From the NCBI RefSeq assembly GCF_001194135.2, contig NC_068987.1, positions 60,626,085-60,690,084 on the forward strand: 64,000 bases of DNA. The letters run 5' to 3'. The DNA is from Octopus bimaculoides (lineage: Eukaryota). The notes beneath the pieces were generated by a model. The model was not told the origin of the DNA and did no database searches. It was given only the letters and a program-made list of their open reading frames with translations. Positions 24,070 to 36,756 of the stretch are shown here, piece after piece; the stretch's first letter is position 1, and the number at the start of each line of letters is the position of its first letter. Position numbers and translations under genes: made by a program.

Positions 24070-24330
24070 TTAGTGTGTACGTGGCTGAGTGTTCCACTGA
24101 CATGCGTGCCATTAACAAAATACTCAGGTAGAATCAATGTAACACAAGCTGTACCTTATGGATTAATGGATACAATTCACCCAACAGGTTTCTGTACAGT
24201 TTCCATCTACCCAATTCCACTCACACGATATTGGTTGATCCAAGGCTGTACAAAATAATATTTGCCCAAGATGCCACACAATGGGATTGAACCCAAGACT
24301 TCATGTTTGTGAAGTGAACTTCTTAACCAT
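24070..24330 (-). mobile_element. SINE, head 3 + tail A
   Basis: The head-3 reverse complement (24190-24330) is joined to gtggctgagtgttccactgacatgcgtgcc, the tail-A motif. Confidence 0.65.
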
Positions 24331-25169
24331 TCATTCATTCATACTATACCTCTACCAGATATCATACATATCTCATAACTGAAATTAAACCATACACAAC
24401 AGTAAAAGTAAAAATTGAAGTACTGAGCTTCTTTTGAGGTAACCACTACGGTAACGAAAACAACAGACTTGAGGTGGAATTTGGGTTTTAGCTAATTACT
24501 AGAGCAACTTCCTGATATCTTCTCCAATGCCATATAAAAAAGACTTGAATGAAGCACATAGCAGCTAATGACCAGCTTGTTTATTCTTCTTCGGCATGCT
24601 ACACCATTAGCAAAAACTTTTAGACATTGTACAGTGATGGCAGAATACAAACTGTTGAGACATAACTTCGTAATTGCATTTCTATTGTGCAAGTCTGCTG
24701 CATCTCTGGAAATTACTTTAACAAGCATTCATGGTACTATAGTAGAAAGGTACTGTATTAGAACTCACAAGAAATGCTATAAAATATTTGGAAGTGATTG
24801 GTATGTTGGAATACATAATCAGAAGATTGCTCTTGAAACTGTCGAATCTGTATAACTGAATTGGATAGAGAGTAGTGTGAGTGTCAATTTAGAATACCTA
24901 GAAATGTTATTGGCTGAAAGGAAATGAAGAATATGACAGCATTATTCTACATGACAGCTTGATAAAAATAATAAATGCTGATGACTTTGTTAATTCTTAC
25001 CATGTTGAGGCAGTGTGTGTAATGCATATCTTTAAACTGATCATTTGGTGAAACTTAAGAGGAGACTATTTGCAAGTAGATTGTGTTTAATGCTACTACT
25101 AATAGCAAAGGCTAATATCAAATGTGCACAGAAAAAAAAAAGAATATTCATTAGCATGATAATTTTATT

Positions 25170-25715
25170 ATCGTTATTGGTTCTGGGTTCAGTCTCACTG
25201 CAAGTCATCTCAAACAAGTGTTTTTTAGTTCCATGTCAACCAAAGTCTTGTAAGTAGACAGAAATTGTCTACTAAGCCTTTGGTAGGCAGAAACTGAAAG
25301 AAGCAAAGCATATGCATGTGTGAGTGTATGAATTGTTGTATCTTCGTGTCTTGATATTGTTTGGCCCTTTAGCATTTAAACCAGCCATATCTGGCTAAAA
25401 AACTAAAGTCATGGCATGGAATTCTCAAAGCCACAAAATAATGCATGATTAATTCAAACCATTATGAATAAATAAGCATTACATTTGACAGAGTAATCTG
25501 AATGCTAAAGGGTTAATGTTGCCATTCATTTCCAGTATTCTGTGAAAATGTTCCTGACCATGGGGTGGTGGTGGTGGTGGTGTGGGAATATTACCTTGCT
25601 TGGAAATTAATGAAGGTTTGCAAGAGGAAGGGCATCCAGCCTTAGAAAATCTGCCTTGATAAGCTTGTCCAAATCATGCAAGCATGGAAAAGAGGACATT
25701 AAAATAATGATGATT
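25170..25715 (+). mobile_element. Head-3 SINE with RTE-type tail, interrupted by a deleted MITE-C (25365-25512, reverse orientation)
   Basis: The SINE body resumes after gctaaaggg|ttaa; tail gcaagcatggaaaagaggacattaaaataatgatga. Confidence 0.75.
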
Positions 25716-27008
25716 GTCAACTATATAAGATTGATTCTTTCTCTTTCTAGCTACTCTTATTACTGTATCCTCACATAAAAAGCAGAAGAACTTACATGAA
25801 CCTTTATGTGCTCTATCACATTATTTCACTTGAAGCAGCTTACATGACGGCAAATGCTGCTTATATTTCCTCCAACTCATCACAGTAAAACCCATTTTCT
25901 TAACTTCAGTCTTGAAACTGTGGCTGACAGTGTTAAGTTCTCTTTCCTAAGCACGAGAATGCAATATAAACAATTGTAATTGAATATCACTATTACTTAA
26001 GAACAATGCCCAGTTGAATAATAGGACAGTAAACTAGATATTGTATAGCATTTCAGTTGGTTTTCTAAACTATTTCTTAGATGGAAGTGTGTGTATCTAC
26101 ACATGTAGAAACTATTGCAGGAAAGTTCATTTGAAGATTATATGCATCTCTATTGTTATTTTTCGATTCTCTTTTGCTTTTTGCTTTTATTAATGAATAA
26201 CATAAAGAAAATTGCTGGTTGAAGGTCTCAAATTTGCTACACAATCACATATCGAGTTCAATCCTATCAAGTGGGACTTTTGCCAAGTGTCTTTTACTAT
26301 AGCCCTGGGCTGACCAAAGCCTTGTGAATGGATTTGGTCGATGGAAATTGAAAGAAGCGCATTGTGTTAAAATATACATGTCTGTGTCACCAATGATGGT
26401 TTTATCTTTTACTAGTTACAGTCCTTAGACTGTGGCCATGCTGGGGTACTGCCTTGAAGAACTTTTAGTTGAATGAATCAATCCCAGTACTTATTTATTT
26501 TTATTTTAAGCCTCGTTTACATCCCCATGACTTAGCAGTTCAGTAAAATTAACTGACAGAATAAGTACTGGGCTTAGAAAAAAGAAAAGTTTTGGGTCTG
26601 TTTATTTGACTGAACCACTCAAAGCAGTTATTAGTAGTGGAAACCATTACTTTTATTATTATTGTTGTTGTTGTTTAAGATGATGTAGTTGGTTATGAGG
26701 CACCGGCTGACTGCTGAGAGTGATAATCTAAATCTTAAGCTATGACTGTTTTTTTTTTTTAAACATCTGTTAATTCCTTCCAGGTCTCACTGTGACTACT
26801 TTGCCAGCATTTCATAAAGATACTAACATAAGTATTAGATGGAGATGATTGTAACAGTGAATATGCACTCATCTTAAATTCTGCAGCCACAGGGTGTTTA
26901 AAAAAAAAGGAAAAATGGAAAAATATCGCGATTAAATTAAGCAGCTCAGTTATAAACAAAACTGTTGCATTTTGTGAAGCATAAAAGAAAAACGAAAATG
27001 TTATTGCG

Positions 27009-27173
27009 CAGGAGTGGCTGTGTGGTAAGTAGCTTGCTTACCAACCACATGGTTCCGGGTTCAGTCCGTCCCACTGCATGGCACCTTGGGCAAGTGTCTT
27101 CTACTATAGCCTCAGGCTGACCAATGCCTTGTGAGTGAATTTGGTAAATGGAAACTGAAAGAAGCCTGTCGTA

Positions 27174-27228
<55 letters not shown>

Positions 27229-27435
27229 GTGTCTGTGTTTGTCCCCCCCCCCACCATCGCTTGACAACTGATGCTGGTGTGTTTACGTCCCCGTAACTTA
27301 GCTGTTCGGCAAAAAGGACCGATAAAATAAATACTAGGCTTACAAAGAATAAGTCCTGGGGTCGATTCACTCGACTGAAGGTGGTGCTCCAGCATGGCCG
27401 CAGTCAAATGACTGAAACAAGTAAAAGAGTAAAAG
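27009..27435 (+). mobile_element. Full-length young head-3 SINE with T1 tail and central (TA)n
   Basis: Reference copy: gcaggagtggctgtgtggtaag...(TA)n...ggtggtgctccagcatggccgcagtcaaatgactgaaacaagtaaaagagtaaaagag. Confidence 0.9.
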
Positions 27436-27544
27436 AGAGTAGAGTGAAAATATATAATAATGAACTTATGAATGGTATGTAGCATATGTCATGGAAGTGA
27501 ACAATGAATGTCTTTAAAAAAAAAGATGCAGGTGTACTTTTGGC

Positions 27545-28075
27545 AAATTTTGGGAAGCTTGGAGGTTTTAAAGGATATAGTGTTCTAACAGCTAGCAACT
27601 GATATGGGTAGTTTATCCCATGCTTCAGCAATTCCAAGCATGATAAAGCATGGCTGCTGTATTGTTTTTCGATTTTGTGCATCCATGTGCGTTAGATACA
27701 TGGAATTCAAAAAGGTGCCCAAGGTTGTTGGAAAGCTGGTGGATAATCTTGTGGGTGTCTACAAAGTCAGTTGCCAGACATCAGAGCTTTAATGTGTCTA
27801 CACAATACATTTATTGCCTTAATGTGTTCATGCAATATGTTTAATGTGGTCAAGCAATATGTTTAATGTGGTCAAGCAATACGTTCAGAATATGGTAGAT
27901 GCCTGACATGGTTGCACGTTTCTGAACAGTTTCCAAGAGATTGATATGCTGAGCAAGATAAGGATTCCAGACTGGTGATGCAAATTTTAAGTGTGGACAT
28001 ATCATAGTCATATACAGTTTTAAATAAATAGCTGGAGAGTGGCTGACAAAGGTTTTAAATTCAGATTTAAATGAC
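27545..28075 (-). mobile_element. CR1/L2-type LINE 3' remnant
   Basis: YLKLYMTMICPHLKFASPVWNPYLAQHINLLETVQKRAT is the conserved post-RT block (consensus ...RPHLEYASPVWSP...EKVQRRAT). It is followed by TDFVDTHKIIH. There is an internal 24-bp tandem duplication at about 27833-27880. Confidence 0.88.
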
Positions 28076-28711
28076 AACAAATGTTCTAGCAACAATAACA
28101 ACAGATTAAACTTTTGCTAGTGTTTCAAGTCAAAGAGTACCAGACAAAACTCAGCACTAATCAAAAGAAAAAGTATAGAAGAGGTGTTACAAATGTAAGT
28201 ACCTCTTTACCTGTGGAATCCATCCAAGAAAAGACAAGGAGGAAAATTACATACTTTTGTTCAAAAAATATTAAAAAATTGGGCGGGAAAGTTTCAGGTA
28301 GCCTCAAAAGTTGAAGTAAGAGAATTGACCATTGTGTGTAAGAATGTATGATTCCTCAGAGAGTACAAGAAAGCAGCACACACTTCATGAGAGATCCTGA
28401 ATTTCATAGTTTCTCCAAAATGAAATCTGTGGCATAATGGAACTGCTAAAGAAGCTCAGAGATGGCTAGAGATATATGAAACTAGTTAAAGACAAAGTAA
28501 GGGATGACTATATCCAGTCTCAAAATGGTATATGGTTTGTGAAAACCATCTCAATGGTCTATCAACAGCTAAAGAAGACCTACATGGAGAATGTGATAGA
28601 CTTTGCAGTTCAACTAAGATAGGAGACGCTCACAAACTATTTCATTGGACCTGGTTGGCAGTTAGTTAATCAGAGTAGAAGTTGGTCAGAGTCATGGGGT
28701 GTCTTGATCCA

Positions 28712-28860
28712 TGTTACAAGCTGAGAAAGTCAACAGTTTGTATGCTGCATCTGACACTACATTTTCTTTGTGGTTAAGATACTTAAGTATCCAATGAACC
28801 AGTCTACCTACTGTCATCATCATCATTCTCTTTGTTTTTTCATCTACTTTTCCATACTGA
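28712..28860 (+). repeat. Local duplication, copy 1 (about 150 bp)
   Basis: tgttacaagctgagaaagtcaacagtttgtatg...ttttccatactga; about 10 differences from copy 2. Confidence 0.9.
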
Positions 28861-29938
28861 GTGGCTTCATACTTTTTATGGGTGGGTTGTTCTTATTTAG
28901 TGCAATAGATTTTTAAGCTGTTTCATTGTATTGTCTTATGTTTTTTGCATTGCCTCGTGTTTATATAGATATGTATGTATGTACATCTCCATATGTTTTG
29001 TAATCCCTTTACTATGACACATTTTGTGTTGTCTGTATATAGCCTTGTGGCCTATAAAGAAAGGTTTGTAGTAGTAATTGTCATCATTGTTGTTGTTGTC
29101 TCATAGTAGAAGTCTCCTGTTTATTTTCTTTCTTTAGGGAAGTTCAAATCTTTGGAAAGACATTGTTCAGTTTCAACTAAATGATGATGTCAGACAAAGG
29201 AATTTCTTCAGTTCTTAAAAGTTATTACTTTTTTTTTAATCTGTCTGTAAGTTTTTGTCTTGTGTTCAAGCCAAGCAAAAATATCTGATTTGGGTAGGAT
29301 ATCTAGGGTAATAATATGTATCTTTCTTGAGTTATTAAGTGATTGCAGTTGCTCCATAGTTCAGGGCTGCCAAATCCACTTTGGAGAAGATTATGACTTT
29401 GTAGCATCTCTTATGGCAAAAACTAATAAACACTTAAGATTCTGTAATTTTGTGCAGTTTACTAAGCAGTTTCACATTTCAGTGGGGGAAAATGTTTGTC
29501 TCCACTTCCATGTTAATATGATTAATTGTAATATAATAATTGTTTTGTTTGATTCATTTATTTTCTATTTAATTTATTTTGGATGTGTATTTATTAACGA
29601 CAGAAAGAACAGCAGGGTGGAAGGAAAAGCTGTTACCTAAGAACTGAAGATCTGTAACAGCAAATGCAAAGATTTTAGTTGAAAAAAAATCGAGTGTGTA
29701 CTGTTTGCCGAGATTTGATAGAGAAACAAGAAGGAAGGGGAGTAGAACTAGTGGTGGTGATGGAGCTAGGATATATTAGTGGACTGGAATTTAATATAGG
29801 GCTGGTAGAGATGAGTGGAATAGAAATTGCTCATAAGGGCTAACAAGGAAGGGTAGGAGTTGAAAGTAATCAGCTAGAATTTGAACTGATACTTGAAGAA
29901 GTGAGAGTATGAATGGCTTGTGAGATAGTAGGGTACCT

Positions 29939-30091
29939 TGTTACAAGCTGAGAAAGTCAACAGTTTGTATGTTGCATCTGGCACTACATTTTCTTTGAGG
30001 TTAAGGTACTTAAGTAACCAAAGAACCAGTTTACCTACAGTCATCATCATCATCATTCTCTTTGTTTTTTTCATCTACTTTTCCATGCTGA
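29939..30091 (+). repeat. Local duplication, copy 2
   Basis: Same sequence 1227 bp downstream; continues into a SINE tail. Confidence 0.9.
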
Positions 30092-30204
30092 TATGGGTGG
30101 AACAGGATTTTCTGAAGAACTATTTTACAACTGAATGCCTTTTCTGATGCTAACCCATTGCTCCCTATAGCAAACAGAGCTATGATATATCTTTTCCCAA
30201 TTAA

Positions 30205-30645
30205 ACATATCTGATACAATTGTGGCTGTGCTGTCAAGAAGCTTGCTTCTCAACCATGGGGTTTCATCTTTCAGTTCCACTGCATGGCACTTTGGGAAAG
30301 TATCTTCTACTATAGCCCCAGGCCAACCAAAGCTTTGTGAGTGAATTTGGAAGAAGGAAACTGAAAGAAGCTTGTGATATATGTATATATAAATGTATGT
30401 GTGTGTTTGTATTTGCCCCTGTCCTGACATCATGTATTTATAAACTAGCATCACTGTCAAGCAAGCACTGTTTGTTTCTAATCTTCTATACAGAACATGC
30501 CTGGTCAACAGGAAATATTACCTTATTTGGAAACAGCTGAGAATTGGTAACTGGAAGGGCATCTCACCATACAAAATCTGCATCAGAGAACTTTGTTTGA
30601 CCCATGCAGGCATGGAAAAGTAGACAGTAAATGATGATGATGATC
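30205..30645 (+). mobile_element. Head-3 SINE with RTE-type (GAT)n tail
   Basis: Complete head, body, ggaagggcatc...cccatgcaggcatggaaaagtagacagtaaatgatgatgatgat. Confidence 0.85.
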
Positions 30646-31080
30646 AATGAATATTAGCCTTGCTGATGAAAGAGGAATGAAAGACTTTAAGTTTATGCTT
30701 TTTCATCTAATGTAAGCAACTCTAACTGAAGGATTTACAACTAAATGAGGAATCCAACCAGCTATTCATTGCCCATTGGAAGATTACCTCCTACTCTGTA
30801 TATCCCACTGTTCTCTTGAGTTTTGCATTGTAATTGAACAGACTGCTGATTCTATTCATTAAGCAGATGAGATATGTATCCCATCTTCATTATGATGCTT
30901 GTCTACCATGTCTAACTTTTTCTCTGAGAAGAGTTGAACTCTGTACAACATTCCAACAAATTATATATTAACTTGACAAGCTAACAAGAAAGATAAATCT
31001 CCTTGAAATTTTGTGTTACCATATTTCCAGCAAGAATACATTCTGTTAGGAATTATGTGAAGTTTAGTGAAATAACTTAA

Positions 31081-31257
31081 CCCTGTTTCTATTGGAATAC
31101 ACAGCATTTGTTTCACTTAATTTTGAAAATAAGCTGGTATTTGGGGCAAAAAATTAACATGCAATTTTAATGGAAGGCTTTAATTTAGATCACTTTAAAA
31201 CAAGAGGTTTGTATTTTAGAACCAGAAGCAGTCTTAGGCAGGTTGATATCAAAAGTC
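31081..31257 (+). mobile_element. MITE-D copy (internally deleted)
   Basis: TTAA on both sides; body matches 18542. Confidence 0.75.
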
Positions 31258-33094
31258 TTAAATAAAAGACAACCTTTTTTTTATGTATTGTGCTATTACA
31301 TTATCTTTCATGTAATGATATTTCAGATGAAAATTTGAGTTCAAATTTCAAAATTTTGATAGAGATAGTAATCAGGTGCTAGTGCCATATAAAAATCACC
31401 CAGTACACTCTGTAAAGTGGTTGGCTTTAGGATGGGTATTCAGTCATAGAAAAAATGCCAAGGCAGACAATAGAACTTGGTGCAGATCTCTGACTTGTTA
31501 ATTCCTGTCAACCATCAATACCTACACCAGTATGGGAAACAAACATTAAAAGATGATGATAAGCTAAATTATACCTGTGTGTTTTAAAGAAAGAATGAAA
31601 GAATGTTTTGGATAATGCAGCCTGAATGCATTATGTTTCTAAATTGGGATAATTGTGGATGAAACACCTTCATCATAGGGTCAGCGTTAAACAACAACAA
31701 AAAACAACTGCCTTTTACAGCAGCTAGAAAACTTTGCAACATCTACTTGTAACTATGGGGTCTTGGGGTTGAAAGTTCTTATCATCATTAATTTGTCCAT
31801 CATGACTGAATATCTATAGGCTGAAATTTTGTTTGATCTAAGCTTACAAGTGGTTTCTCAACAACGGAAACATCAATAACTAATATGATCATAGATGTTT
31901 CATGTTGTACGGATTATTTCATGTCACAGTGAACTCAGGAAAATTCCATTCAAATGGTGATTATCCAGAATTGAAGAGAAGGCAAAAATCAAGATACTTT
32001 TGGTTTTTAATCTTGCTATAAATTGTTAGAGAAATTTTCTTTGCTCCTGTCTCCATATGCTTTTCAGATCTTCTTTGAATTAGAGAAAAATGACTAGACA
32101 AAACTTTTATGTTCTTAATAGGACTTTTTTTTTCCAGCAGGGTTCTTAGACAACAGAGCTCAAATTATGACAAGGAAACAAAATAAGCAAAAAATACTTT
32201 TGTATCTTTTGATAAAGTAAAATAATACCAAAAGAAATAAGTAAAAGACAAATTGCTGTTTGACTGCTGAACAGGCTTTTAGAACCTAGAAAACAAACCT
32301 TATTCTAAAGTTTTGCAAACCCAGACTGTATTTATCATACTATGTTTCTTCAATGTTTTTTGTTATATGTAACACAAGAGAACTGGGGTTCTGTAACATA
32401 ATCATCTTTACAAATAAGGATGTAAGATTGGTTTTTAAAACTGTGACATTTGCAAAATGTTAGTTTAAAAAATAAACCCAAAAAGGCGTGTTTTGAAATG
32501 ATTTTTCATTGAATAAAAGTTATTTTTCAAAATACCAGACAAACAAACAATAAGTATTCTTAGCTTGCTATGGAAAGAAAGTGAGAGTGGAGAATAAATG
32601 AGCAGTAACAAGGAACTGGCTAGCCAAGTTTGTAACTCCACTTTAATTCCTTTTTGTTGCCTGTTTCACTTCATTTATGCTTTGGGGAAAGATATGAATT
32701 TTAACTCTACTAAAATTTTCATACCTGAGAAAAGAAGCCTTTAAAAGCATTTTTTAGTTGAACTTTAGCTATGTCTAGAAAAAAAGATAAAGCTAATATT
32801 AACTGGAATCCAGAAGAACTAGATTTGGTTTACATCAGCTGAACTCATTTAATAAAGTTTGTAGATTTGAATAAGTTTGACTATGGTGAGATGTGTATTC
32901 TGATGCTTGAAGCAAAGCTTTTCATTTGAGAAAGCAAATTAAATATTTATTCAATATTGTTTAAAACACTTTAAAATCTTTCTCTCTCTCTCTCTCCAAA
33001 GACTAACTTGGCTTACAACATTAATCACATTTTCCCATGACATGTAAAATTTATATGCAGAGTGTTCCATAATAATGGGACACCTAATACAGGT

Positions 33095-33258
33095 GTGGCT
33101 GTTCACAACCATATTTGTGTGGTTAAGAAGTTTGCTTCCCTACCACATGGTTTCGGGTTCAGTTCGACTGTGTAGAGGCTTGCGTAAATGTTTTCTGTTA
33201 TAACCTTATGCTGACCAAGGCTTTGTGATTGAATTTGTTAGGTGTAAACTGAAAGAAA

Positions 33259-33306
<48 letters not shown>

Positions 33307-33570
33307 TACACACATACAAGTGTGTATGTATATATTGGTGCCTTCTTGTCTTGACCTTGCATGTTAGTTGTAAATGACTGTCACTTTCATACAAGTAGTG
33401 TCGTTCATTTTCATTAATCTGTGAAAGCATTTCTGGTCATGGGGGAAATATTAACAGTACTTGGAAACAGGTGAGGGTTGGGTTGGCAACAGGAAGGACA
33501 TCTAGCAGTAAAATAAAATCTATCTCTGTAAACTCCATCCAACCCATGAAGGCATTGAAATGTGGGCATT
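33095..33570 (+). mobile_element. Head-3 SINE with RTE-type tail and central (TA)n
   Basis: Same architecture as 30205-30645. Confidence 0.8.
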
Positions 33571-34489
33571 GATTTGTGTGCCATCAATATGAGATCTTCT
33601 GTGTACTGAAATGAAAAGAATACAAATTCTTTATCTGTTTTGCTTTTGTAATTATCATCAGGTGGACTTTGAAAAACTTCAGTGAATTAATTTCATTGAG
33701 ATGTATCATTTGTTTTCTTTTGCTAAAAGCATTAGAGATGTTTTAACTCCTTAGCATTTAATGATAAAATTTTTTGCAAAGCAAACTTGAGTTGTGGATC
33801 TTTGCTAAATACTTTGGCACACTATAATACTTTTAGTGTTTTTTTTTTTTTCAACTTTTATAACAGCAGTAAAAACAGAATAACAACTACAAGGCATCCT
33901 GTAAAGAAAGACAATACAATGCAAAGCAATATTCCTTTATTCTTATTTATTTTTAGTTATCTTCCTATTAACTTCTGTTCTTTTTTCTCTTATTTGTTTC
34001 TGTTTTCCTCCTCATTTACTGTTTTATTTCTGTAACTAGTAGGCACATAGATGGCGACAAAATACTGTAACTAATTTTATAATATATCACTTGAGGCAAA
34101 AAGGGTGTTAAATCAATCATGATGAAACTGTTGTTTCATTCTTCACTTTTGTTTCTGAAGTTTTCTACATGACTTAACAATTAAGTAACTCTCTTGGCAG
34201 TTGTCAAGATTTGAGTATTTTATTAGATTGTCAATATTTCTAATTCCAGTATCAAACCTACACGTTTTGTTCTAATACGATGTATATCCCATTGTTAGCC
34301 AGTGACTATGGTACAAGTGATTCAGTTCATTAGATGTACAACAATATTTTATTATTTTGTTCAGTGTGCAATGCTTCTGAATTTAATGATGTTGCGATTG
34401 ACTTATCTATCTTAAAAGTTTCTCCAGTAAGTATTAACAACACATCTAGGTTTATTCACTGATATCACTACATTTCAGTGAAACATGAA

Positions 34490-34707
34490 CCCTTTTGTTA
34501 CAATATTTCTGTTGAAGTAAATTGTCTTTGTGCCTCTTAATTCTAAAAATTATGGAAAATGTAGTAAAATAAACTTGTTATTAAGCTGCTGTTTTGAACA
34601 TAAATTAACATGAAGTTTTGATGGGAAGTTTTAATTCAGATCATTTTAAACCTGAAGCTTGTATCAAATAACTAGGAGTGGTCTTGGGCAGGTTGATATC
34701 AAAAGAG
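34490..34707 (+). mobile_element. MITE-D copy
   Basis: cccttttgttacaatatttctgttgaa...gtcttgggcaggttgatatcaaaagag. Confidence 0.75.
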
Positions 34708-35139
34708 TTGATCTAGACAACAGGTAAGCTGATTGAACCTTGAACAGGTATGAGACTTCTGTGTAGTTATTCAGCATGTCCAAATAAATCAATCAAATCT
34801 TCTTCAACAAACTATCAAGCAGCCTCCAACTGGAGACCCCAATATTTTGAAAGCTCAAATCTTATAGCATGATATCATACAATAAAGGCAAAGTGATCAC
34901 AACTAGAAACTTCAATCATGTGACTTGTTTAATTAGCCATCTTCCTGTTGTAAGGCTTCTTGATTTGAGTCAAAAGAGCTGTTTATACAAGAACACCATC
35001 CATCTTCTCTGCAGACTATTCCTGGGAGGATAATGAGAGTAGAGTCCCCAAGCACCTTCTCCATAGGGTCCTGTCAGAAGCAACAGTCATTAAATTTTCT
35101 TGATTGGATTCCCAAGCATGATCAACTAAGACTATTCCT

Positions 35140-35347
35140 TTATTCTTTTACTCATTACAGTCATTTGACTGTGACCATGCTAGAGCACCACCTTGGAGAG
35201 TTTTAGTTGAACAAATCAACCCTAGGGCTTATTTTTAAGTGTAGTACTTATTCTGTTCGTCTCTTTTGCTGATCCACTAAGTTAAAGGGATGTAAATGCC
35301 CCAACACTGGTTGTCAAGTGTTGATGGTAGGACAGACAAGGACACAT

Positions 35348-35397
<50 letters not shown>

Positions 35398-35414
35398 NNN
35401 NNNNNNNNNNNNNN

Positions 35415-35464
<50 letters not shown>

Positions 35465-35605
35465 CGACAGGTTTCTTTCAGTTTCTGTCTACCAAAGTTG
35501 GCCTGAAGCTATAGTAGAAAACACTTACCCGAGTTGCCACACAGTGGGATCAAACCCTGAACCATGTGGTTGGGAAGCAAGCTTTTTACCACATAGTCAT
35601 GCCTG
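35140..35605 (-). mobile_element. Head-3 SINE with T1 tail; the central (TA)n holds a 17-N assembly gap (35398-35414)
   Basis: Reverse complement of the 27009 element on both sides of the gap. Confidence 0.85.
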
Positions 35606-35607
35606 CA

Positions 35608-35830
35608 CCTCCACACAGTCTCTATGGATATTACCCAACCACCTCATTCTTGGTCTACCCCTAGGTCTCCTGCCAGTTGGTTCGGCTTGAAGAATCCATC
35701 TTGTGGTTCTTTCCTGTGATATTTTAATCGCATGTCTGTAGTACCAGAGCTGTGACTTCTCAATGCAGAGAATTATCAGCTCCCTGATCCCAAGCCTACT
35801 TACTCCGTCAAGTAACTTTCCTCCAGAGAG
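35608..35830 (-). mobile_element. RTE-type LINE C-terminal fragment
   Basis: WYYRHAIKISQERTTRWILQAEPTGRRPRGRPRMRWLGNIHRD matches the post-RT W.GH..R......P.GKR.RGRP..RW motif. Confidence 0.8.
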
Positions 35831-36147
35831 CAACAGGAAAGAATAATTTATTTCAGTTTTTTAATTCTCTTGCCATCTGTCTCCACTGCCCTTAAGATTT
35901 TTAAAACTATTACTAGCAGCTTTTAACTGCAACATCATCATTCATCACATTAGTTTAATGCCCGTGTTCTTTCACGCTTGTTGTGATTTAATGTTTTTGA
36001 GCATGACTAAATTAGCCTCAAAAATAACTTTGTAATGAACAGTTTAATTTTCTTGTTGATAAATTTCTTCTCCATTCCCTTGCTTCTTTGATACTACATT
36101 GATATACAGAAAAAATGCTATTACTTAATTCTTTTTGTGTTGTCTAG

Positions 36148-36196
36148 CGTAAAGAGAAAGGCAATGTCATTAGTCATTCTTATGGTTTTGCTTCAG
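36148..36196 (+). CDS. Candidate 49-nt internal exon
   Basis: Acceptor aattctttttgtgttgtctag and donor CAG|GTCAGT. Open as RKEKGNVISHSYGFAS(G) or as xVKRKAMSLVILMVLLQ. No homology recognised. Confidence 0.3.
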
Positions 36197-36529
36197 GTCA
36201 GTCATAATCATGCAAACCTTTGATTAGAAGTGTTCCAGCCATGATTTTCCAATCTTTTTTTACTTTCTTTTTTCATCCCAATGTATCAAGGATTCATTAT
36301 TCAATGTGTTCTACACTCCTTTTAAAGATGTTAACATGTAATTTTAAGGAGACTTGGCACCTGTTTCTATATAGTTGAACAACTGTGTAAAGGTTCCTTT
36401 GTTGGTTGTGCTTAGTTGTTTTTAACTAATGCTCTGTTGGAGTAAGGCACAGGGGCTTACTAAAGGCTAGGTTGAATGGCAGGAAATCCTTCAGTTTGGA
36501 TGAAGATGCTGAAATAATAATAATAATTA

Positions 36530-36748
36530 TTATTATCCTTTCTGCTATAGAAACAAAGCCTGAAATTTGTGGGGTGTGGGTAAGTTGATCACATTGACCC
36601 CAGACTGGTACTTAATTTATTGACCTCAAAAAGACGAAAGGCAAAATCGACCTCAGCAGAATTTGAACTCAAAATGTGAAGATGGACAATATACCACTAA
36701 GCATTTTGTTCAGCATGCTAACAATTCTGCCAGCTCACTGCCTTATTA
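36530..36748 (-). mobile_element. SINE-A beta copy
   Basis: Reverse-complement head, core and tail. Confidence 0.8.
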
Positions 36749-36756
36749 TTAATTAT

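Noticed and set aside
26946-27485. 179-aa ORF and similar ORFs that look conserved between loci
   Set aside because: They are antisense translations of head-3 SINE copies; the similarity is repeat homology.
34960-35095. Possible further RTE remnant (SRVPKHLLHRVLSEA)
   Set aside because: Too short and decayed to call with confidence.
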